NCBI GenBank assembly: GCA_013112575.1
Contig: JABFGG010000003.1
Location: forward strand, 152,898-216,897
DNA length: 64,000 bases
Direction of reading: 5' to 3'
Source: Chloroflexota bacterium
GTDB taxonomy: Bacteria; Chloroflexota; Anaerolineae; Anaerolineales; UBA11579
Shown here: positions 28,215-37,650 of the stretch, piece by piece
How the letters are laid out: the number at the start of each line of letters is the position of its first letter
How positions within the stretch are numbered: the stretch's first letter is position 1
Made by a program: the position numbers and the translations under genes
The notes under the pieces: model-generated
Told to the model about the DNA's origin: nothing
The model's database searches: none
The model's input: the letters and a program-made list of their open reading frames with translations, nothing else

Positions 28215-29675
28215 TCAGGGGCAGTATTGCTGCTGGTCTATGGCACAATCCGTAGGTTGTGGATCGTCACCAGGTTGGCGGGGGTCGTCTGGGGTGACGG
28301 TGGGTGTAGTTGTGGGTTTGGGAGGAATGAAGATGTAAGGAAGAACAGGGTTATCTTCGTCCAGGCTGATATCCCCCGCAATCAGCCAGCAATTCACATT
28401 CTCGATGTCCGGATGCGGTCCAACGTAATAAGGAACGTTAAAGCCCTCCCCAACAATCTTGATCTGAGTGCCAGCGGTGAGAGTGTTGACAATACCCCAC
28501 TGTAAGCCGGGACCTGAATAGCAGGTTGTATCTTCTTCTGCGGTTCCCAAAACTTCATCATCATCATCTGCTGGTTCATCCCCACCATCTGGTGGGAGGG
28601 GCGGAGAAACGTTCTCTGAATTCTCTGGGGTGCCTTCGAGCGCGGCGGTTGACAACGGTGTTTCTGTAATGAAAAGGGCTTCGACAGCTTCTTCTTCCGT
28701 TTCCTCTGGGGCTTCTACAGGCGCCACCGGAGGGGGAGGTGGTGGAGGGTCAAATATGGCCGCGAAAAGATTACTTTGTAAGGCTGCAATAACGCCTAGC
28801 ACGATAGTGGATGCAACGATGGCTACGCCACCGCCAGCAAGGACCTTGGGGCGGGCATTGCGCCAGCGTTTTCTACGGCGAAGGCGCTGCGTAGTGCCTG
28901 TGCGTTTGAGGATGCGCGGGCCCAAGCCAGCGGGCGGGATGAGCGGGATGAAGGCACTGAAGATCGTGGATACCGAAAGAAGATTGCGCTGGCGTTCCTG
29001 GCAGTATTCACAATCTTTGACATGCTGGCGGACGAGACGATCCTGAGCGCTGTCGGCTTCATTGTCATGGATGACGCCGATAAGTTCGCCCATGGTGGAA
29101 CATTCGGTGGAGGTTTCTTCCAGCAGCAAGCGAATGCCATAGGCTTCCTGGAATTTGTTGCGAGCACGATGGAGCAGAACCTTGACGTAGTCAATGGTAG
29201 TCTCCATGATCTCGGCGATCTCGTTGTAAGCATATTTGTGAAACTCGCGCAACAATAAAACCTCACGATACTGGGGGGCCAGTTTCTCTAGGGTTTTGCG
29301 CACACGTGCGGCAATATCGCCTTGAGAGGCAGCGCGTTCCGGGTCATTGTTGGGATCGCGGATGTTTTCAATCTGGTCGGCGGAATCGATCATATCGCGG
29401 TTCTGTCGGGTCTCATCAATAAAGCGATTGTGAACGATGCGAAAGACCCAGGCGCGGAAATTGTAGGGTGGGCCAAGACGCTTAAGGTTAGCGTGGGCGC
29501 GTATGAAAGCATCTTGTGTAAGGTCTTCGGCCCAGTCCTGATCATAAGCGAGGGTAACCGCATAGTTATAAACCGCCTGGAAATGCTCTTCAAAGAGATC
29601 TGCAAAAGCTTGCGGATCGCCCTGGGCGGCTTGCTGCACGAGGCGAGCATTAAGGTCAGTATGTGAGTCGTTCAC
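28215..29675 (-). CDS. ECF sigma factor fused to zinc anti-sigma (HxxxCxxC), TM helix and extracytoplasmic SH3-like module
   Basis: Region 2 (DLTQDAFIRAH...WVFRIVHNRFID), region 4 (QYREVLLLREFHKYAYNEIAEIM), HVKDCEYC, TM VLAGGGVAIVASTIVLGVIAAL, PPPPPPP linker. The C-terminal module is homologous to the H1/H2 termini. GTG start. Confidence 0.8.
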   Translation of the reverse strand: MNDSHTDLNARLVQQAAQGDPQAFADLFEEHFQAVYNYAVTLAYDQDWAEDLTQDAFIRAHANLKRLGPPYNFRAWVFRIVHNRFIDETRQNRDMIDSADQIENIRDPNNDPERAASQGDIAARVRKTLEKLAPQYREVLLLREFHKYAYNEIAEIMETTIDYVKVLLHRARNKFQEAYGIRLLLEETSTECSTMGELIGVIHDNEADSAQDRLVRQHVKDCEYCQERQRNLLSVSTIFSAFIPLIPPAGLGPRILKRTGTTQRLRRRKRWRNARPKVLAGGGVAIVASTIVLGVIAALQSNLFAAIFDPPPPPPPVAPVEAPEETEEEAVEALFITETPLSTAALEGTPENSENVSPPLPPDGGDEPADDDDEVLGTAEEDTTCYSGPGLQWGIVNTLTAGTQIKIVGEGFNVPYYVGPHPDIENVNCWLIAGDISLDEDNPVLPYIFIPPKPTTTPTVTPDDPRQPGDDPQPTDCAIDQQQYCP

Positions 29676-29685
29676 GTTTATCTAA

Positions 29686-29715
29686 ATAACGGGGTTTAGT
29701 GGGGTTTTGTTATCA
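29686..29715 (-). promoter_or_regulatory. candidate autoregulatory ECF-type promoter TGATAAC-N17-CGTTAT
   Basis: The reverse complement of 29709-29715 is TGATAAC and of 29686-29691 is CGTTAT. It lies only about 10 nt before the GTG start, implying a very short leader. Confidence 0.4.
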
Positions 29716-29876
29716 ATTTATTAGAAATTGGTTTTATGTAGTTGGTGCTTGCTAAAAGGCACTAGTTTTGACTATTCAGACTGTACCGCATTTGAGAAAA
29801 GAACGCAATGAGAGGAGGGTTTTATAGGCATCTTTCGCAGATTAGCAAAAGTACAGAAAGGTATAATCTGGCGGCA

Positions 29877-31370
29877 ATGGACAAGCAGCGAAGAAAATGG
29901 CTATGGCCAACAACACTGGGTGCTATCGCTTTACTGGGATTCGGATTGGTGTGGGCCAGTACGATCTGGGGGGCGGGTTTGATATCCGATTCTTTCCAGT
30001 ATGTATCCACGGCGCGTAACCTGGCAGGCGGGTTGGGTTTCCAGTTTGAGGTTGGAAAGAGTTTATTGCCCCTGGTGCATTACCCGCCTTTGTTTCCTTC
30101 TGTACTGGCAGGTTTTGAGATTGCGGGAATCGATGCTTTATTGGGAGCAAGGTTGATCAATGCCCTGCTTTTTGGGGCCAACGCTGTTTTGGTGGGTGTG
30201 AGCATAGAGAAAATCACAGCGTCCAAAGTCTGGGGGAGTATAGGCGCTTTGTTGACAGCAATTGCGGCAGTATTGCTGGGAGTACATAGTTGGGCGTTGA
30301 GTGAGCCTTTGTACATTTTCCTTGGTTTAGTAGGGTGGTTGATTTTGTCACAGTATCTGGAAAATAATCAATTGCGATTGCTCGTAGCAGCCAGTGGATT
30401 ATTTGGATTGGCATTTTTGGCTCGTTATGCTGGGGTAGCGATCGTAGTAGCAGGCGCGTTGGCAGTATTGCTTTTCTCTACTCAGAACTGGCGGAAGCGC
30501 GGGATGGATGCCGCGCTGCTAGGCATCATCAGCGTGAGTGTGTCAGGTCTGTGGGCCGTGCGCATCACATTGCTGGCAGGTAGTTTTGGGGCGCGTGAAT
30601 TGCAATACATCCCGCTAACTGCCGGGAATATCGAATCCCTCTTGAACAATATCCTGACCTGGGTTGTGCCTTTCCCGCTGGTGAACGGGCGCGAGGCATG
30701 GATTTTATTTGGTTTATTTATCGGTCTAGTTGTTTTTGGCTTGTATGTGCGAGTGAGCGATTTGAAGGTAAAAGAGATAGTGTGGTCTGAAAAGACGTTG
30801 TTTCGATTGCATAGCCTGTATTTCTGGGTGTATCCGGTATCGGTTGTGGCGGCCAAGATGTTTTTGGATCGCGGCATAGGTTTGAATGACCGCATGCTCT
30901 CCCCGATGTTAGTGTCCCTGATGATCGTGGGCGTGAGTATTGTGGCACAAGTGTGGAAAATGGATCAACGGCGATGGGTACGTGTAGTATTGGTCAGCGG
31001 AGCGGTGCTGTTCACAGCCTTCTATGGGGTGGAAACAGGACTGGCCATGCGTAGTTTTCGTGGAGAGGGGTTGGGCCTGGCGCGGGCGGATTGGCACAGC
31101 GCAGAATCCATTCAAGCTTTTGCAGATTTTGAGGATGAGGAATTCTATTCCAATTCACCTTCATCGCTTTATTTGTGGAGTTACAAGCCTGCCAACAACT
31201 TAAATTCATTTGCGCGAATGGCGGCGAGTGCTGATCCGGACAGAGCTTATATCGTGGTGTTTGCTCACGTCCCCACCAATAAGAACATTGAAGAAATGGC
31301 TGAAGGAGTAGAATTGGTTGTGGGGGATGAGGTGGCTGAGGTGTATTTATTTGTGCCCGAGGGGGAGTAG
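29877..31370 (+). CDS. polytopic membrane protein, GT-C (ArnT/PMT-like) glycosyltransferase candidate
   Basis: About 12 TM helices. DS motif in the first extracytoplasmic loop (GLISDSFQYVSTARNL). Soluble C-terminal domain. The ATG at 29877 is preferred over the track start at 29808. Confidence 0.5.
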   Translation: MDKQRRKWLWPTTLGAIALLGFGLVWASTIWGAGLISDSFQYVSTARNLAGGLGFQFEVGKSLLPLVHYPPLFPSVLAGFEIAGIDALLGARLINALLFGANAVLVGVSIEKITASKVWGSIGALLTAIAAVLLGVHSWALSEPLYIFLGLVGWLILSQYLENNQLRLLVAASGLFGLAFLARYAGVAIVVAGALAVLLFSTQNWRKRGMDAALLGIISVSVSGLWAVRITLLAGSFGARELQYIPLTAGNIESLLNNILTWVVPFPLVNGREAWILFGLFIGLVVFGLYVRVSDLKVKEIVWSEKTLFRLHSLYFWVYPVSVVAAKMFLDRGIGLNDRMLSPMLVSLMIVGVSIVAQVWKMDQRRWVRVVLVSGAVLFTAFYGVETGLAMRSFRGEGLGLARADWHSAESIQAFADFEDEEFYSNSPSSLYLWSYKPANNLNSFARMAASADPDRAYIVVFAHVPTNKNIEEMAEGVELVVGDEVAEVYLFVPEGE

Positions 31371-31380
31371 CAGGCGGCGG

Positions 31381-32151
31381 TCAGGGTTTTGTGAAAGTCA
31401 GGGCATAGAACTGGCCTGAAGGAAGCAATTTGACTTGTGCGTCTGTGATGTAGTGGGGAGCCAATCGTGTGATGGTTTCTAGGGCAGTTTGGGGATCATT
31501 GGCATAGCGTGCGTGGGCAGGCATACGTTTGAGTGTGGTTGTTGCACGACTGGCTTCATCCAAAACGTGAACTTGAGCGCCGGGCTTAGCGACACGAGCC
31601 ATTTCGGAAACCGCTTTGAAAGGATCCCCGAAAAACTGGATACCCCCCATGCTGAAGACCAGGTCAAAGGTATCATCGTGGAAGGGCAGGAATTGAGCGT
31701 CGGCGTGGAATAATTCGGCCTGACGGTCCAAGGCAGCCAACTTGCGTTGGGCGCGAAGGAGCATTGCCAGGGAAATATCCACACCAAAGAAGCGAGCATG
31801 TTTAGGCAGGTATTCGAAATTGCTGGCCGTGCCCACGGCGGACTCCAAGACCCAGGCATCTTGCGGTATTTCCAGATCGACGATGTAATCTTTGCGAACC
31901 TGCTCTTCCGTCCCATAATTGATGTGCGACCCAAATCTAACCGTGGCATCATAGGCGAACGCGAAACGGTCATAGAGCCAACGGTAAAAGCGGTTGCGTC
32001 TGGGTTGGGCACTGGACTGCATTATTGAAGGGATGCCTTGAATGATAGGGAAGCGCTGACCGGATGAAATGCCCACGAGTTGATCTCCGGAGAGGCGTAG
32101 AAGCTCACCTGTATAGGGGTTGCAGATGCGTGTGAGGGTCTCTGCTTGCAT
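31381..32151 (-). CDS. class I SAM-dependent methyltransferase with N-terminal Trm112-like segment
   Basis: Motif I region VLESAVGTASN. FDLVFSMGGIQFF and AKPGAQVHVLDE are typical of Methyltransf_11. Confidence 0.7.
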   Translation of the reverse strand: MQAETLTRICNPYTGELLRLSGDQLVGISSGQRFPIIQGIPSIMQSSAQPRRNRFYRWLYDRFAFAYDATVRFGSHINYGTEEQVRKDYIVDLEIPQDAWVLESAVGTASNFEYLPKHARFFGVDISLAMLLRAQRKLAALDRQAELFHADAQFLPFHDDTFDLVFSMGGIQFFGDPFKAVSEMARVAKPGAQVHVLDEASRATTTLKRMPAHARYANDPQTALETITRLAPHYITDAQVKLLPSGQFYALTFTKP

Positions 32152-32311
32152 AGGTAAATTATACGGCGGAAATGAGGATAGACTTAAGTCCTATAGGCGC
32201 TTTTGAGGTGTGGGGTACAATATTTACCTTATCGGTGGGTTTGTTTTAATAAATTGATTCAGTTGTTATTAACTTGTTGCTTGTCTTCGGGCAGGCATCC
32301 TTTCTATATAA

Positions 32312-33829
32312 ATGCAGAACCGTCAACGGCTAACAAGTTATTTAAAGTGGTTTGCACCGCCCCAATTTGCGGATGCAGAGAAAATGCGGCGCGTGAGATT
32401 GCTAAATGTAATCTTGTGGATGGCGCTTGTCCTTACCATTTTTTCGGGGATATTTGATCTCGCTTTTGGTACAAATCCCTGGCGGACACTCTGGTTTTCA
32501 CTCGTGCTTCTCTTGATCGAAGGGATTGCTTTGCTGTTGATGTGGCAGGGTTACCTTGACTGGGCGGCATTATTTTTTGTGGGTATGGTCTGGGTGGTTT
32601 ATAGTGGGCTGATCCTGATCACCGGTGGAATTTATAGTCCCGACGTTTATGGACAAATGCTTGTAGTGTTGGGGGCGGGATTGTTGCTGGGCTGGCAGGC
32701 TGCCGGCGTGTTCGCCGTAGCGAGCATTTTTTGGGTCGTGGCCGTATCTTATGCTGGGCTGTGGGGCTTCCTGGACTTCAGCAGCGTGCTTGATAACACT
32801 TTCGGAAGCCGACTGGTGTCATACATTACCCAATTGGTCGCAGTCAGTGTGCTATTGGGGCTGGCGGACCAGAGTATCAAGAATGCCCTAAAGCAGGCCA
32901 GCGAGAATGCCCAGAAATCGAATAGTATTCAAGCCCAACTTGAGGCCACATTGGATGCCCTGCCGGATATGATGTTCGAGGTTGGGCCACGGGGGCGTAT
33001 CCTGGATTATCGCGCCCCGAAAAACAGTGGTATCAATTTAGCTCCCGAAAGTTTTTTGTATAAACGCTTCAGTGAGGTGCTGCCCGAAGATGCATCCGCA
33101 GTGATCGCGGATGCATTAAATGAGGCTTCAGCAAGTGGTCGTTCCAGAGGGGCAACCTACTCAATGGATGTGAATGGAGAAACGCGCTGGTTTGAATTGT
33201 CTGTATCTGTTAAGGGAACTGCAGATGGCAATTTGATCGCGCTGGTACGTGAAGTGACCCACCGCATTGAAAGTGAACGGCGTTTGAAAGGAGATTTAAA
33301 AGAGACAGCAGCCTTGGCGCGAACGGATGATTTAACGGGCTTATTGAACAGGCGCGCAATCCTGGAAATGGCCGAAGCCGAGTTTGACAGGGCCCAACGC
33401 CAGAAAAAATCGGTGAGTTTATTATTGATCGATATGTTCAGATTAAAAGAGATCAATGACACACACGGCCACCTGACCGGCGATGCTGCTTTGAAGTTGT
33501 TGGCGCAAGTCTTGCGAGAGAACCGCAGACGCTACGATTGGGTTGGGCGTTGGGGCGGGGATGAATTTGTGGTGGTTTTGCCAGGGGTGGGTGATGAGAA
33601 GGCCTTACAAATGGCCGAGCGTTTGCTTGAGCAAGTGCAAGATACTTATGTATCTTTGCCAGACGGAGGTCAGGAACGACTGCGGGTGAGTGTCGGGGTG
33701 AGCTGTTTTGAAGAAGATGAGCATGAAAATGTCACCCTGGAAACATTGCTGACACAGGCAGATAAGGCCATGTACCAGGCCAAAGAGACCGGGCCGAATA
33801 CGGCGGGAGTGTATCAGGTAAAGAAGTAA
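32312..33829 (+). CDS. membrane sensor diguanylate cyclase (TM region - PAS - GGDEF)
   Basis: Six hydrophobic helices, a PAS-like segment, DDLTGLLNRRA and RWGGDEFVVVLPG. Confidence 0.85.
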   Translation: MQNRQRLTSYLKWFAPPQFADAEKMRRVRLLNVILWMALVLTIFSGIFDLAFGTNPWRTLWFSLVLLLIEGIALLLMWQGYLDWAALFFVGMVWVVYSGLILITGGIYSPDVYGQMLVVLGAGLLLGWQAAGVFAVASIFWVVAVSYAGLWGFLDFSSVLDNTFGSRLVSYITQLVAVSVLLGLADQSIKNALKQASENAQKSNSIQAQLEATLDALPDMMFEVGPRGRILDYRAPKNSGINLAPESFLYKRFSEVLPEDASAVIADALNEASASGRSRGATYSMDVNGETRWFELSVSVKGTADGNLIALVREVTHRIESERRLKGDLKETAALARTDDLTGLLNRRAILEMAEAEFDRAQRQKKSVSLLLIDMFRLKEINDTHGHLTGDAALKLLAQVLRENRRRYDWVGRWGGDEFVVVLPGVGDEKALQMAERLLEQVQDTYVSLPDGGQERLRVSVGVSCFEEDEHENVTLETLLTQADKAMYQAKETGPNTAGVYQVKK

Positions 33830-33874
33830 AGATTCTTGGGGGTGTGTATTTAAAAGCTATGTTACTTTAAGTAC

Positions 33875-35191
33875 ATGAAAGCTGTCTCTATATTGCCCTT
33901 AGCCTTTAGTCTGTTGCTATGGGGGTGCAGCGCGCCTCCGGCAACTCAATTACCAAGTGTTACAGAGATGGAAGCGGTATCCAATGAACTAACTGCAACA
34001 GCTACAGAACTTGCCTCACTAGTAGAATCGGTACGCACTGCTACTGAAACGCTGGAAGTGCAGGTCCCAACTCCCACAACGACAGTGGTTGAGGATGATG
34101 AAGTAGTCCAAGCAGGGGTGAATGGGATCATCCTATTCATTGGTGACGGTATGGGAGTCGGGCAGCGGACAGCAGCACGTTGGCTGGCTGCGGGGCAGGA
34201 TGGCCTGCTAGCGATGGATCAGATGGAGGTGGCGGGTTTGGCGCAAACGGCTGCCTACCAACGGCCGGTCACAGATTCGGCGGCGGGGGCAACTGCCATG
34301 TCGAGCGGGGTGCAGACGCGTTATGGGGTCGTGGGCCTGGATAAAGATTACGAGCCGGTTATCACTATTTTGGAGCAAGCTGAAGCACTGGGCTGGTCGA
34401 CTGGGTTAGTCACTACAGTGCAAATGGCGCACGCGACCCCGGCGTCGTTTGCAGCACACGTTGCAGATCGCGCTAATATGCTGGAGATCGCTCGCCAATA
34501 TCTTGTTGCAGATGTGGATGTTCTCATGGGCGGCGGGGAAGATGAATTCCTGCCGGGTGGGGAAAGAGGCTGTTATCCGGAACCGGGTGAACGCGGCGAT
34601 GGGAGTAACCTTGTTGCCCAGGCCCAGGAGTTGGGTTATCGTTATATATGTACAGCAGAGGAGTTATCTTCTCTTGATGTTGCCAATACACCCAAACTAC
34701 TAGGGTTGTTCGGCGATGAAGAGATGGTACGCCCCTTCTCACCGAGTTTGACTGAGATGACGATCAAGGCGGTTGAGATACTTTCCCAAAACCCTAATGG
34801 GTTTTTCTTGATGGTAGAAGGTGGGCAAATTGATTGGGCGGGGCATGCCAACGATGCTGCTTGGGCCATGGAGACCACCCTGGGATTTGATTCAGCGGTG
34901 GCATATGGGCAGGCTTATGCGGCAATTGATGGGAATGTGTTGGTGATCGTAGCGGCAGACCATGAAACGGGTGGAATGAGCGTGGGCCTAACCCCAGATG
35001 GAACTTTCAGGCAGGAGGGTCCGTTTACAGGGGCAGATGGGCAAGAGTTTTACGTGGATTGGCAAACCGGATCTCATACCGCGGTGGACATTCCGATTAA
35101 TGCACAGGGGCCTTATGCAAATATGTTGGAAGGGACATATCATTTGGCGCATATTTATGAGGTTATGTATGCGGCCTTGATGGGGAAATGA
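33875..35191 (+). CDS. secreted alkaline phosphatase (PhoA family)
   Basis: Lipoprotein-type signal LLLWGC, FIGDGMG, active-site DSAAGATAMSSG, and the HETGG metal site. Confidence 0.85.
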   Translation: MKAVSILPLAFSLLLWGCSAPPATQLPSVTEMEAVSNELTATATELASLVESVRTATETLEVQVPTPTTTVVEDDEVVQAGVNGIILFIGDGMGVGQRTAARWLAAGQDGLLAMDQMEVAGLAQTAAYQRPVTDSAAGATAMSSGVQTRYGVVGLDKDYEPVITILEQAEALGWSTGLVTTVQMAHATPASFAAHVADRANMLEIARQYLVADVDVLMGGGEDEFLPGGERGCYPEPGERGDGSNLVAQAQELGYRYICTAEELSSLDVANTPKLLGLFGDEEMVRPFSPSLTEMTIKAVEILSQNPNGFFLMVEGGQIDWAGHANDAAWAMETTLGFDSAVAYGQAYAAIDGNVLVIVAADHETGGMSVGLTPDGTFRQEGPFTGADGQEFYVDWQTGSHTAVDIPINAQGPYANMLEGTYHLAHIYEVMYAALMGK

Positions 35192-35324
35192 TGCATAAAA
35201 ATAGCTTATCGATAATAAGATTTTGTAGGTTTCAATAACAGTTTGCAAAACTGTAAAGCGTTTCAGGTAAAAAAGAGTACCTTTGGTATATGACTTGGCA
35301 TAATATGAAAGCTAATATGAAAGT

Positions 35325-36419
35325 ATGGCAATAAAACCTGGAGTACAACGCAGCCATGAACGACAAGAAGATATGCTCCAAACCCTGAATACCTTTGTGG
35401 CAAAAGTGGTCGGCAAATTGCGCGCGCCATCTAATTCAACTCGATCAAATTCCGATTTGCAGAAGGCTTTAGAGGTGAGCGAAGAACGTTTTCGCTTGCT
35501 GGCTGACCACATTGATGAAGTGTTCTGGTTGATCTCGGCGGATGGCAGCGAGGTGCAGTTCGTGAGCAGCGCTTATAAAAAACTGACCGGGCGGTCAAGT
35601 GAGATGTTGTTTGCTGATGCCAATGATTGGGAACACAGCATGGACCCCCAACATCGCCCGCGTTTCCAGGAGATGATGGCTGCTGTGCAAGGTGGGAAAG
35701 AGCCTGTTGAAAATGAACAGGAATTTGGGATCATGCGTGAGGATGGCAGTGTGCGCTGGGCGCGTATCCAGATCCAACCCATGCGCGATGAAAAAGGAGA
35801 ACTAATGATGTTCCTGGGGGTGGCTGTTGATGTAACGGAAAACAAAAGACTAGAACAAGAACTAAAGAAATCGTTAGCGCGCATTGAAGCCGAGGCGATG
35901 ATCGACGAGTTAACCGGATTGCTAAATCGCAGAGCTGTGATCCAGAATGCCACTGCAGAGCTCAGTCGCGCCATGCGAGAAAAACGCCCGGTAAGTTTGA
36001 TGGTAATCGACATTGACAATTTGAAAGCTGTAAATGATGAATATGGCCATCTTGTAGGAGATAAGATCTTAAAAATGGCTTCGGCGATCATCGAACACAG
36101 CACAAGACCTTATGATTGGGTGGGGCGTTGGGGCGGTGACGAATTCATGGTCATTTTGCCGGGGGCCGACCTGCGGGTTGCGAAGAATGTAGCTGCACGC
36201 ATGCAGCGTATGACGCGCGATTCTGTGCTTGAACTGGACGACCAGAATGAATTAGAAATCCGCTTTAGTCTTGGACTTACAGTTTTCTTCGGGACAACGT
36301 TTACAGCCGAACAATCTGAAGAAGAGATACTGGAAAGATTATTTGGGGAAGCAGACCAGGCTTTGTATGAAGCGAAACAGGCGGGGCGTGACCAGGTGAG
36401 GATTTACGGAGAAGATTAG
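35325..36419 (+). CDS. cytoplasmic PAS-GGDEF diguanylate cyclase
   Basis: PAS (EERFRLLADHIDEVFWL), DELTGLLNRRA, RWGGDEFMVILPG. The GGDEF half is closely related to that of the 32312 gene. Confidence 0.85.
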   Translation: MAIKPGVQRSHERQEDMLQTLNTFVAKVVGKLRAPSNSTRSNSDLQKALEVSEERFRLLADHIDEVFWLISADGSEVQFVSSAYKKLTGRSSEMLFADANDWEHSMDPQHRPRFQEMMAAVQGGKEPVENEQEFGIMREDGSVRWARIQIQPMRDEKGELMMFLGVAVDVTENKRLEQELKKSLARIEAEAMIDELTGLLNRRAVIQNATAELSRAMREKRPVSLMVIDIDNLKAVNDEYGHLVGDKILKMASAIIEHSTRPYDWVGRWGGDEFMVILPGADLRVAKNVAARMQRMTRDSVLELDDQNELEIRFSLGLTVFFGTTFTAEQSEEEILERLFGEADQALYEAKQAGRDQVRIYGED

Positions 36420-36484
36420 TTATTGGTGATTACCAATTCGTAGTTTTATAGAGTGGGGAAGAAATGCTATGCTGAAAACCAAAG

Positions 36485-37522
36485 TCATTCTGAAAGATCA
36501 AAGGCCAGGAGAATAGTTGCTGCGAGGGCAATGCGTGTGGCACGGTGCATGTATTGTGCATCGAGACGGTTGGGGATGTCGTTGCCTGTGTGATTGACAT
36601 CACGATTTTCAAGGGCTTCTATAAGACGAACTGCCGGAAACCCCGCGGCGCTAAAGGGCACGTGATCGGAGTAGAAGCCAGGGCGGTCAATGGTGGGTTG
36701 AACGAGGATCTGCATTTCCGGCACGTATAATTCGGCCACTGACGGCAGCCATTGCGCTAGCTGTCGTCCTGGGTGATTGGGATCGGGATCGGCGAAAACG
36801 CGCAACTCGGAAGCTCCTTGCTCCACCGTAGGGTTGCCTAAAGTGTCGAGAACGAGGACGGCTTGAAATGAAAGGCCGCGTGACTGGGCATCGGCAAGGT
36901 AGGCGGTGGCTCCACCAGCATTGATCTCTTCGGCGCTAAAGGCAACTAAGACAATCGTATATTGGGGTGTCTGGTTGGTCAGTAGGCGAGCGATCTCCAG
37001 TAAAGCAGCTACACCTGTCCCATTGTCATTGGCGCCCGGAGCAGGTGAAGTAGCGTCACGGATATCTGTAGTGCGCGAATCGTAATGTGCGCCGACCAGG
37101 ACGATCTGATCGCTCTGGCCCGGCAAGGTTGCCAGGATATTGCGCTGAGTAGTGTTGACCCCATTGTAGCTATAGGGGAATTCCTGAAAGGACACTTGCC
37201 AGCCCCCGCCAACATCTGAAAAACGTTCAGCAATTAGATCGGCGGCGGTGTGAATGCCGGGGCTGTTAACGTGGCGGGAGTTAATATCGGATAGGGCGGT
37301 GACGTGATCAAAGAGAAGGGCGGTGTTGACAAGGTCCAGTGTATTCTGAACAAAGCTGGCATCTATGGGTGAATCAAGTCCTTGGCCTGGCGGCAAATCT
37401 TCAGGAGCCAGAAATTCATCGGGGACAGGTGTAAAGAAGGCAATCTGGGTGGGTTGAGAGCTAAGTAGATTACATGCCAAAATGGCAGGGATTATAAAAA
37501 GCAGTGTGAAACGTTTTTTCAT
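36485..37522 (-). CDS. M28-family aminopeptidase, lipoprotein
   Basis: Lipobox ILAC, GAHYDS, GANDNGTGVAALLEIARLL. Confidence 0.8.
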   Translation of the reverse strand: MKKRFTLLFIIPAILACNLLSSQPTQIAFFTPVPDEFLAPEDLPPGQGLDSPIDASFVQNTLDLVNTALLFDHVTALSDINSRHVNSPGIHTAADLIAERFSDVGGGWQVSFQEFPYSYNGVNTTQRNILATLPGQSDQIVLVGAHYDSRTTDIRDATSPAPGANDNGTGVAALLEIARLLTNQTPQYTIVLVAFSAEEINAGGATAYLADAQSRGLSFQAVLVLDTLGNPTVEQGASELRVFADPDPNHPGRQLAQWLPSVAELYVPEMQILVQPTIDRPGFYSDHVPFSAAGFPAVRLIEALENRDVNHTGNDIPNRLDAQYMHRATRIALAATILLAFDLSE

Positions 37523-37650
37523 ATTGGCCGTTGCTGATTATATATCAGCAGAATTCATGAAGCTAATTGGTTAGCTGGTGTAGCTTTTGGTAAATTGTAG
37601 TATTCTTGTCATAATTGTGGCCCGATGGAAGATATTGCAAAGAAGCCTAT

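Noticed and set aside
29862-29879. TATAAT 9 nt before the ATG at 29877 as evidence for a leaderless GT-C mRNA
   Set aside because: There is no convincing -35 or extended -10. It is plausible but unsupported. The idea is noted only because the sigma and GntR genes also appear to have very short leaders.
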